DNA of 64,000 bases from Patellaria atrata CBS 101060 (Eukaryota): contig MU006092.1 in assembly GCA_010093705.1 (NCBI GenBank), positions 1,072,350 through 1,136,349 of the forward strand. The letters are read 5' to 3'. The translations under genes were made by a program, and so were the position numbers. Shown here in pieces: positions 13,817-24,237 of the stretch. The notes beneath the pieces are model-generated. The model had not been told where the DNA came from and made no database searches. It saw nothing but the letters and a program-made list of their open reading frames with translations. Within the stretch, counting starts at the first letter, position 1; every line of letters starts with the position of its first letter.

Positions 13817-15614
13817 TCACGAGTCATCCTCTGAATCCAATTCTACGACCAAGCTCTTGGTGGCAGCCCGCATCCGTGGGTCGTTGGCCTTGATCTCTGA
13901 AACCTGTAGTTTATCAAATAGGAGCATCACCTTCTCTGCGCGTGGTATCACCGGGAGTGCCTTTTCCGCCCCGCTGACAGGACGTGCGAAATATGACGAT
14001 TTCTGCGTGTCTTGGCTGCTCTTGGAACTGGTGGATGACCGATTAGCTGATTTGGTCTGCATATTTCGTGTCATCATGAAGCCCGACGAGATTCCAAAAC
14101 CAAACTCGCGGATAAGATTATCGGCGTTGTTATCCAGGAGCTCAAAGAAAAGGCCCGATATTGCATCATACAGCTGCGGGGATACTGGATTTGCCATGAA
14201 ATCTATCAGACGGTCTGGTAATGTGTCTGAATGGCTCGATTTAGAACGACCGTTTTCCGGTAACGGTAAGAGACGTTGTTTCATAAATGTCTGAAGTTCC
14301 GAGGAGGAAATTTTGGCAGCTCTTTTAAGAAGGGTAACTAGAGGTACGACTGTAGCACCCAATTGTGATTCGTCGTAACTACCAATAGCGAGATCCAAAA
14401 TATCAATGAGCTTTGCAATGCAAGTTTTCAGCTCAGCCTTCTTATACCCTTTCTTCTCTTCCATGTCTAGATTCATCAATGCGTTGATGAGATAATTGAC
14501 TGGAGGTTGCAGAGGCGGTGACGGAGGTGTCCTTGAGGACAATATCTTCATAATATATGAGATCGATTTAGCGAAATCCTTCAACTTCGTCGGACAGAAG
14601 TGAGTAATATTAAAGAGAAGTTTCAATGTTTCAGACAGGGACGCGTCGTCTTGTGTTGATGGTTGACCTTTGCTCTTTGAAACACGTTTTAGATGACGCT
14701 CAATATTCTGATGGAAAAGTTAGAGAGCATCACGGGGAATTCCCAATGTCGTGCTTACATCGTTCACATAATCAGCCAAGTGATTCTTTTCGATTAACGT
14801 AATAAAACTTTGCGTTGTATTATATGAGGTGAGAAACAGAATTCTAGACATCAAGAATTCGTCATCTTTCTTAGGATTCTGATAAGTGTTAGTATCTTTA
14901 CTTTTAGGCGTATTAAGCAACCCAAAAGAAATCGATCTTATACTGAAACGCTGTCATAGAAAAAGAAGATGTTCAGGTTCGAGAAGAACAAGTCCCATTA
15001 AGGTGGTTACACGACAGCTTCACTTGAGGACGTAGCGGTGACTCCCGGCGATACCAGTTTAAGAACATACAACGAACTTACCTTCAGACGTTTGACAGCT
15101 TTCTCGGAATAGCCCAAATTTACGAACATTTGCCTGGTCTCAGGTCGGGCGAGCAAAGCATTGGCCAAACATTGAAGAGCAGCCTTGGATGTCGTGGGAG
15201 ACGTGCTGTGAAAGCTGTGATGAGTCAAGATCTCAATACCCTATATGGACGTTAACTTCAACATGATGTTTATTCTTGAGGAATTGACGAACATCTCTAG
15301 TAAAAATTGGATCTGCATTTTCGGGATTCCGTCCGAAGACCTTGAGCTGTTCCATGGCCGCATTTCGCTCTAGTCATCGAGAGTTCAGAATCGTCACATC
15401 GAACTGGTACTTTGGAACCGCTTACCCCATGGTAAATAGTTGACCTCAATAAAATCCTTTTTCAGATCCTCGACGAGGCGAGCAACCCGACGACGTTTCT
15501 CTAAGTGATCTATTAGGGTCGCGGGATGAGGTTGAGATAGGCTTCAGACTTACCCTCTCCGGATATTTCATCGTCGGTCACAGGCCTGACTGGCTGGAAA
15601 AGCGAGGAACTCAT
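13817..15614 (-). CDS. RIC8: RIC8/synembryn-like G-alpha GEF/chaperone, multi-exon, divergent C-terminus
   Basis: Spliced exons give ..RNAAMEQLKVFGRNPENADPIFTRD|GIEILTHH..ALQCLANALL..DDEFLMSRILFL..ETLKLLFNITHF..FGFGISSGF, matching fungal RIC8 motifs. ATG at 15614 fits the intron phases. Confidence 0.8.
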
Positions 15615-18313
15615 CTAGGCGTGTCTTATTGCTCAAATTGGTTGTTGAGTCGATCTGTAAGCAAATGGTCTAATATAACGACGGGGGACGCTTCGCTGTG
15701 AACAACGGATCGGTGACTGGTGATGATCTTTCAAGTATATTCCATCCAGGATGAAATTAGCTCTTGCGTCCCACGATCTTGGTCGACTTTTGGCAGTGCC
15801 GGGCTTCTGGGGCAGTTCTTTTTGAAAAAGGCGGTAGCGGCAAGGCTGCATCTGGGGTGATTTGTACCGTGCACAAAAAGTTCAGGAGACGGGAACCCAC
15901 GAGCCCGCGAACTCCAGAAAAAGGAATACCAGAAGATACAAGGTTGCTGACTTTGCTGACACCGGCTGTGATGGAGCAGGGGGAATCTGGCGTCTTTACT
16001 TTCCCACGTTGTAACCGGCTGACTCCATCACTTCTACCGACGCTATTCATCGGGTTCCTGGCTCATCAATTCGGGTGTTGTTTTTAGTCTCGACTCAAAA
16101 GGAACAGCCGAGGGGAGACGAGAGGACATACTATTATACTGTTTCTGCTACTACTGGATGATTCGCTTGTGCCGAAAGCTCAAGCAGCACAGTAGTAGGA
16201 CGCTATTTGACCAATAGCTATAGACACTTAGACAGTACCTGCTGGCATTTCTTACAGCAGCCTGCAGCAGCAGCATCGTGGCAGAGTGGGGCATTTGCAG
16301 ATGTTGAATCGCCTAGTTGGCCTCAGCGCGCATGGCACTGCATGCGTCTTTTGGAGTCTGGGGTCGGGTCTGGAGTACACAAGTCGTTCTATTTGAAGAA
16401 TAATACTTAGTGGCTTCATCAATGATGACAACAAACTACTGGGTAAGTTGGCATGTTATTGCTTGTAACAGTCACGCCGCACGCGAGATATATAGCGCTA
16501 TCGTTCTAGGCGAAAACAACTTGCACATCGATCTAAAAATCTCTCCCGGAAGATCTGGCTTATAATACTGGCCATACCGTCACTCTCTGACTCTGCTGTT
16601 ACATAGATGAAAAGCTTGAGAGCAACATTAAATTAACACGGCACATCGTTTTCAGTTGCGCCTCTCAACGGTCCTTGGTCTTAGACACCAGAATAGTTCG
16701 AGTAAAGAACTACGGTTATGCGGAACATACATCAAGAGGAATGCGAGCCGAGGAGTTTGGCTTGATGTCTTCTTAGGTACCTCTCGTGCCACTCAATCTG
16801 TCGTTTATGTGGCTTCAAATGCTCCTATCCGTTTGGCTTGGGTAGCGAGTCTCCGCCATCTTCATTCTTCTCGAACGTTGTCTCTTTTCCGCTTTTGGCA
16901 GCTAAAAAGACATCGCAGACTCATGGAACGTACTAAAAACAAGGGGGAGGGCAAATCCCATTTTTGCTGCCCACCATTACCTATCCATGCTACAACATGA
17001 TTCGTGGACGTCGGCGATGCCTAGAGCTTCTGTCACAGAATATGCAGCTCTAGTTCTCTTAAAATCACAATCTTTCTGACTACATTATCACTCTGCGTGC
17101 TTGCCTTGTGGGCGGGCATGTTGGTAACAGGAAGACTGCTGGAGGAGTAGCTGATTTGTTGTCTATTCCGTCAACTGTCAAAACAATTACACAGCATATA
17201 TTGTTTTTTTCCCACTGACAAACGAATAACGACGACCGCTGTCAGAACTTTAATAAGCCTTTGGCCCGAAGGATCTCACTGGTACACTATCTAACCGGGA
17301 AATTTAACTTATGTGAGCCATATCCTCAGTCACTCATTCACCGTATCTTTATACGTACCACCTGTACTTCTGTACTCCGTATAAGCATAGACCTACCTAT
17401 TGACATGTTTGCAGCCACGCTTATGCAATTCACAGAGAACAGTATTCCTATCCCAATACTCACACCTCTTCAACGACAAGGCAGATTGTCAGTTCTTTCA
17501 GCAATTGAAGTCCATCTAAGGTCTGATACCGAGAGTGCCGAGTACTCCAGGTTGCCCCGCATCAATTCAATTAATTCTTCTAATAATTGGGACGGCTTGT
17601 CTCCATCTACGGTCCACATTCCCGGAGCTTGCGACATTGACCACTTTATAGTCCAGCACGAGAGTGATTGTTTGATGGCCTGTACCTGGTCCTAGAAACT
17701 GAAAAAGCATACCATTCGTTGAATTTCGTACAAATCGAGGCCACTATTGCTCCCAAAGACAACCCCTGGCAGCGAATAAATGCTTAACCCTGCACAGGAT
17801 GCTGTCTCACACGTGTTGAACGGCCTGAACCTGATGATCGCCCGGCCTATTGTACTATTCCAGTCATCACGACCGAGCGTCGAGGAAAATGCTTTCGATG
17901 CGAAACCCTTCTTGTCTGTACGCATGTAAGCTGACCATGGCGCTGTTCAATATGGCACAGGAGAGCTGTAAACTCCATCCACATCTTATCGTTCTACAGA
18001 ATTCCAGCTTCTTATGAGGTGCAAAGCGACGGATTATTGAACCCCCAACCTCTACGCAGAAGAAAAGCATGCAGTAAATGAGACTGCACGAGCGCATGAG
18101 ATCATACGTTTGCTCCTGAGTCCTGAAGATCGTAAACCCTGTCACTCGTTTCAATCCCACGAATCCTTTTAGACATAGGGAGTTCTACTCTACACCGTTC
18201 TGTGTAGCAAATCACGTCTCCATTCCTATCAATCTCAACGGCTGCTAAAGGGATTTCCACTATCTCTCAAAAACTTCAAATGCTAGTATTTTTGGGTACA
18301 TGACAAGTTCAAT

Positions 18314-20311
18314 ATGAAGACCGCTTCGAACGTTTATGTCGTGTGCTCATTCGCCGCTATTGGTACGTAAGGTTTTATGTTACTTGATCTATACTTTTGG
18401 AAGTTAAGAAATGATTTGTTCGTTGTCAATTGTACCCATTTCCATCACTATCCATCCAGCATAACACGAATCAGATAGCTATGAATCTATCTGACAATTA
18501 TCACAACAGGCGGCGCCCTGTTCGGTATGGACATCGCGTCCATGTCGGCAGTGCTTGGAACAAGTGCCTATAAACACTATTTCAATTATCCCAAATCTTA
18601 CATGCAAGGGCTCATTACCAGCTCAATGCCAATGGGATCTATCTTCGGTACTTTTTCGTCGTCGTTTATCGCAGATCGCTACTCTCGCAAGATCGCTATT
18701 CAGATTGCTTGCGTTTTATGGATTATGGGTTCGGCGTAAGTTGTATCCCTCCATGTATACCTCAGTTTTTAATCGAAGCAGTATTCAATCAGGCTGTAAT
18801 GGCTTACCGGCCCTATGCCTCGGTAGGGCAGTCGCTGGCGTAGGCATTGGTATCGCGTCTGCTGTTGTACCCATGTATCAAGCAGAAATTGCGCCTAAGG
18901 AGATTCGTGGCAGAGTCGTGACAATTCAGCAATGGGGAATAACTTGGGGTGAGTCTCTTTCATAGTTTCAGTCATTCCCAAACTGACATGCAAAGGAATC
19001 CTAATTCAGTATTTCATTCAATATGGAGCGTCGTTCGCTGGAGGAGGGGCGGACAACCCAACTCAGGGTACCATTGCTTTCCGCCTTCCGTGGGCTATTC
19101 AAATTGTACCTGGCCTTATTCTCGGAATCAGTCTGTTCTGGTTACCTTACAGTCCTAGATGGCTTGCGTCTCAGGATCGATGGGAAGAATCTGTAACTGT
19201 CCTCGCAAACTTACATGCGCGAGGTGACGTCAAACACCCTAAAGTACTTGCCCAATATAGGGAAATTGAGGAAGCTCTTCGGTTTGAGAAAGAAGTCGCT
19301 GCTGCCGGATGGGCCGCCCTCCTTGAAGCTCGCATGGCCAAGCGTGTACTACTCGGAATGTCTGTCCAGTTCTGGAGTCAGTTATCAGGTAAGAGTTGAC
19401 CCCAGCGGCTTACCATATTTAAATACTAACTGATGATAGGTGTAAATATCATGATGTATTACATCGTTTACATCATGGAGGGTACCAATATTGGGAGTCC
19501 TCTCTTGACTGCTTCTGTGCAGTACATCATCAACGTAGTGATGACAGTGCCCGCACTACTATGGCTTGATAGATGGGGGCGTCGTGCTACATTACTACTC
19601 GGCGCGTTCTCAATGTCCGTCTTCCTCTTCATCTCTGGCGCATTACAGGGTGCTTTCGGTGAGCCGATTACCGACCCAGACTCGGACCTTACGTGGCATA
19701 TAGTCAACAATCCGCCTGTGTCTAAAGTTGTGGTTGCATGTTCATATATGGTAGTAGCAACTTTCGCTACGAGCTGGGGCCCGGTATCCTGGATTTACCC
19801 GTCGGAGATTTTCCCAAACAAGATTCGTGCGAAAGCGGTTAGTTTATCCACTGCGACAAACTGGTAGGTAGAATCTGTACACCAAATATAAATCAAGTGA
19901 CTAATACCCAGTTATAGGATCGCTAACTGCGTCCTCGCCTTCGCCGTACCTCCCCTCCTTTACAATATCAACTGGAAGATGTACATGGTCTTCGGAACCT
20001 TCAACGCACTCGCTCTGATACAAGTCTTCCTCACCCTTCCCGAAACAAAGAATATAAGTCTCGAAGAAATGGATATGGTGTTTACCGGATACCCGTGGAA
20101 GAGCAGACAAAAGCGTTCGCAACTAGACGACCTTGAGGAGCAGATTGCAGGAGGCGCAATCGAGATTAAGACTTTAGCAGGATTGGAGCAAGATCAAAAA
20201 CCGATAATGGTGGAGACAGTGATCGAGATGAGAAATGAGAGGAGGAGTAGTAGGTCGAGGTCGAGTTCTGAAGATCCGTATTATACGCAGGGAGCAAGCA
20301 GAGCGCAATAG
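18314..20311 (+). CDS. MFS sugar porter (high-affinity glucose transporter-like), 6 exons
   Basis: GGALFGMDIASMS, DRYSRK, PMYQAEIAPKEIRG, QFWSQLSG|VNIMMYY, DRWGRR, WGPVSWIYPSEIFP and PETK motifs; five GT-AG introns join the ORF pieces. Confidence 0.93.
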
Positions 20312-20507
20312 CTCTGCAATGTAACATTATGTAGCATTATGGGTTTGGTGATGAACTTTCTGAATATACCCTTTTTATTACTGAATGAATATCTTATAAA
20401 GCATATCGCTCAGTGTTCCCTCATACCGACATACATTAATCGCTCATCGCCGCCTTCCGCTCCGCTCAATGTAAGCGGAATCCTTGGCGCTTGTTCACTA
20501 TGCGACC

Positions 20508-20520
20508 CGAAAAATTATTT
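20508..20520 (+). promoter_or_regulatory. RRPE-like element upstream of the snoRNA-hosting MOCS2A transcript
   Basis: CGAAAAATTATTT; the same word lies upstream of IMPDH on the - strand and resembles yeast RRPE (TGAAAAATTTT). Confidence 0.4.
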
Positions 20521-20614
20521 GAACAGGTTCCGTCCTTTGCCAAACTCCCTTTAATCCTCTCCTAACAGCATCCACAAAAGGTACGTTTCAATCCCCCTCT
20601 CTCATACTCACACT

Positions 20615-20706
20615 TCCAAATGATGAAATCCAAACAAATAAAGCATGTATTATCCGAACCGCAACCACGCGGGCTTCGTGTAGACTCGTACTATCATCTG
20701 ATCCCA
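20615..20706 (+). ncRNA. Box C/D snoRNA, U45/SNORD45-like (18S guide for the U equivalent to human Um172), in 5'-UTR intron 20581-20774
   Basis: C box ATGATGA 20620-20626, guide AGCATGTATTA 20642-20652 complementary to 18S UAAUACAUGCU, D' CCGA 20654-20657, C'-like GTGTAGA, D box CTGA 20698-20701. Flanked by a GTACGT donor, TACTAAC branch point and AAG acceptor. Confidence 0.85.
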
Positions 20707-20850
20707 AGCGAACTCCATCTCTCCACTATTTTCTCACAACCGTTTCAAAGCATATATACTAACTATTGGAAAAGTACATATCACCTTCGCGCCTATTGAA
20801 ATCGCTCACTCTTACAAGACGCTCCGAGCTATCCCGGCTCCCCGTCAACG

Positions 20851-21153
20851 ATGTCCACCCTCAATCCCACCCCAACCTTCAAAATCCTTTACTTCGCCTC
20901 CTGCGCCACCTTCACGCGCCTCCCTTTCGAATCCCTTCCCGCCCCTCTTTCCCTCAGAGACCTCTTTCCGACGCTGGAAAAACGGTATCCGGGCATGACG
21001 AAGAGGGTGCTTGAGAGCTGTGCGGTGACTGTGAATCTGGAGTATGTGGATTTGGAAGACGAAGAGGTCACGGGTAAGGGGACCGATGGGGAAGGGATGG
21101 TGATAAAGGAGGGTGATGAGGTTGCGCTGATTCCGCCTGTTAGTAGTGGATGA
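20851..21153 (+). CDS. cnxG: Molybdopterin synthase sulfur-carrier (small) subunit, MoaD/ThiS fold
   Basis: FKILYFAS at the N-terminus and IKEGDEVALIPPVSSG at the C-terminus, as in fungal MOCS2A/CnxG. Confidence 0.9.
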   Translation: MSTLNPTPTFKILYFASCATFTRLPFESLPAPLSLRDLFPTLEKRYPGMTKRVLESCAVTVNLEYVDLEDEEVTGKGTDGEGMVIKEGDEVALIPPVSSG

Positions 21154-21811
21154 AGGTGTGAGGATAACTGGGTAGGAGGAGGGTGGAAACATCTCTGTTT
21201 CGGAATTGGATTGGAATGGATGCATACGAGCATTGTGGCGCTCTTTGATAGCGTGGGGCCGCGGGGTATCTCACGATGGGATTATATATCGTGGATTAAC
21301 CCTTCCCGCTGGGGTCACTTTGCCTAGCACATTCATTTGTGTAGAGGGTGCAACACTTTCAGGTCATCGCGCCAAAGGACCCTCGAGTTCGTCAAGAGGA
21401 CCTATATGGGCTTCCTAAGGACGCCATCGCTCGCACTCAAAGTATGTCATCTCGCTCGATTGAGATTAGGAGGGCTTCCCTTGGGGTGATTGTTGCCCGT
21501 ATCTTGATTTTCACCTCCACGGTAAGGTTTACATCGACTGGCTTAGGTGTGGAAGTACCAAGATATGGTTTACTCTGTAAAGTCACTAGTGGTTTTCAGA
21601 TTGTATCGGGAAACATTGCGAGCTCATTGATAGTAATAGATGCGTAGCAACGGATATCAGCCTATTGAATTTTGAATATCCTATTCATCTATTCTCTCGT
21701 CTCTCATATATGCATCCTATCTGACCCCAAACTCCCATTCCAAACAAATCACTTTTGCCGCACCAAGACGCCTTTACCTACTGGAGTCGACTCAAATTTA
21801 CATTCCATCTC

Positions 21812-23688
21812 TCAGGAATACAACTTTTTATCAAAGGTATGTAACCCATGCACATTCCCCTCCGCTTGCGCGCTCACAGTCCTGAGCTCAAACCTTACCG
21901 TTCCCTCTCTAACCCCCTTCCTCAACTCATTCAGACTCTGCACACCGATATCCTGCAAGCTGTGTTGGACACCTGCCATCAAATACGGAACGAACTTGGT
22001 CACACTGCCCCTATCCAGCACTGAGCCCGACACACCCTGAGCAACGAGCAACCTATCGCCTTCGCTGAAATAGCGGGCAGTGCCCGCATTAGCTCCTTTG
22101 GTGTCCTTGCTGCCGGCACCCGCTTTCTTGTCCTCCATAGCATCAATGCTGCCCATACCACGGTAAGCTTTCACGAGCTTGCCTTCGTGGCTGACGAAGT
22201 ATTGACCCGGGGACTCTGAAGTGCCGGCGAGAAGACCGCCCATCATGACGGTGGATGCGCCGAGGGCTAGACCCTTGACGATGTGACCCACATTTTGAAT
22301 ACCGCCGTCAGCGATACAGGGAACGCCAAAGCGAGCGGCGAAGGAGGTAACTTTATAAACAGCTGCAGCTTGAGGGCGACCCACGGCCATGACTTCCTGC
22401 GTGATGCAGGCGCTGCCGCTACCCATACCGATACGTAGGCCATCGACGCCGGCTGCAATGAGAGTAGCCGCTTGCTCTCGAGTTACGACGTTTCCGCCGA
22501 TGACGTCGAGCTCGGGGTATCTCTCTTTGATATATTTGACCATCTCAACTTGATAGGTGCTGTTGCCCTGACTGCTGTCGAGGATAACGATGTCCAGACC
22601 CGCATCGACAAGCTTTTGAAGACGGATCTTGTCATCTGGTCGGGTTCCAATGGCAGCGGCAGAGATAAGCTGCTTGGAGTGTGGGAGTTTTGAGGCTAGT
22701 GGATAGTGGAGATTCTTCATGAGATCGGAGCGGGAGAGGAGGGAGATAAGGTGGTAATTCTCGTCTACAATAGGCAACTTGCCCTTCTTTGACTTACTAA
22801 GAATTGCGTTCGCCTCTTGGAGGGTGATGCCGGTCTTAGCTGTGACCAAGTCCATAGACATGACCGCAGTGACGGGATCATCCAGATTGGCATGAAATTG
22901 GATATCTCTGGGAGTAATGATACCTACGAGCTTAGAACGAAGTGTTCCGTTTTCTGTGAAAGAGTAGAATTAGTATAGACTCGTTGCAGTGAAGTCTTTC
23001 GCTGTGAACAGGAAAGTGCAAGGTCAGATATACATGTATCCCCAATACGACAGAGTCGTTGCGGATGAACGAAAGTTAATAATTATGGTTTGAAACATCA
23101 TGTGAAATACCGTATGGAAATGGTAACGGTTTGCTTACCAGTTACGGGGAAGCCACCGAATCCCCACTTCTCCTTCAACGCCTTTGCCTCCGCAACGGTG
23201 GTCTTAGGCGAAATAACAACGGGATCAAGGATGAAACCATTCTCAAATCGCTTGACCTTGCGTACCATCTCTGCTTGCTCTTCAGGAGAGCAGTTGTGAT
23301 GGATAACACCAAGACCACCGAGTAAGGCCATGTGGATTGCCATTGAATGTTCAGTGACTGTATCCATGGGAGACGATACAAAGGGCGTCTTGAGAGTAAT
23401 ACGCTTTGTTATGGGAGTATCGAGAGTAACGGCAGAGGCAGGGAAGCCTGAAGTAGATCAGTCATTTGCCTTGCTTTTTCCATTAAAGTGATACTCTGTA
23501 CCGATGTAGCCAGGGAGAATGAGAAAATCATTATACGTCAGTCCACCACGGATCTTAGAATCAATCAGTTCCTTAATGCCAATACCATCTCGTTCTGGGT
23601 ATTCCTCCTTCAAGATCTCGAGGGCGTTCTTGAAATCTAGCGCGCTGCTATTGGGAGCAGTCATCGAGTCGCCGTTAACGATAGGCAT
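21812..23688 (-). CDS. IMPDH: Inosine-5'-monophosphate dehydrogenase; exons 23688-23502, 23447-23139, 22953-21812
   Basis: [25 protein letters not shown] pair, catalytic [27 protein letters not shown]. Introns 23501-23448 and 23138-22954 keep frame. Confidence 0.98.
23020..23105 (-). ncRNA. snR54: Box C/D snoRNA, snR54-like (18S Am974-equivalent guide), in IMPDH intron 2
   Basis: On the - strand: C-like ATGATGT (23101-23095), guide TAACTTTCGTTCA (23078-23066) complementary to 18S UGAACGAAAGUUA, degenerate D' CCGC, D box CTGA (23027-23024). Yeast snR54 has the same guide core and lies in the intron of the IMPDH gene IMD4. Confidence 0.85.
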
Positions 23689-23827
23689 GTTAAACGGTGG
23701 TGTGAAGTGTATAATTGAGTCTGTTTCTGAGGAAGAAATACACGATAGCTCGTAGATAGTAGTCCAGAGATCTATCGGGGAAAGTTCCCAAGAAGAAGTG
23801 AATCAGAAGGGTCGCGATCGTCTGTCA

Positions 23828-23841
23828 AAATAATTTTTCGG
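23828..23841 (-). promoter_or_regulatory. RRPE-like element upstream of IMPDH
   Basis: CCGAAAAATTATTT on the - strand about 140 nt upstream of the ATG; identical to 20507-20520. Confidence 0.4.
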
Positions 23842-24237
23842 CGGGGCATCTTAATTCCGAGTCATGCTAGCGTGGTTGCTATCCGCTGCTCTAACCCACT
23901 TTTCCAGTAAACAAACACCACGCAGAAATCAAGGAATTCATCACCGAGTCCATCCCGCTCAATTCAACCTCGAATGCAAACCGATTGTCACATATTTGCA
24001 CAGCGCTCGAATACTGTCACTTCCTTTCATTCGCGCATTTCAGGATTGCTTGAGGAACTCTACGGGTTAAATTGAACATACCTTATGCGACGGTACGACG
24101 CGGTCTCCAATTCGGTCTCGAGTACTACATTCACCATTATCTTCCTGCGCGTAGCATAACCGTACTTTGCCAATACCATGTATGGTCACAATTATTGAGC
24201 AACCCGTTTATTGATTCTCTGAGCCTGCGATAGCAAC

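Noticed and set aside
22150..22180. Mycophenolate-resistance-type IMPDH or self-resistance cluster
   Set aside because: The motif is the standard KAYRGMGS, the gene hosts a conserved snoRNA, and no PKS or NRPS lies nearby.
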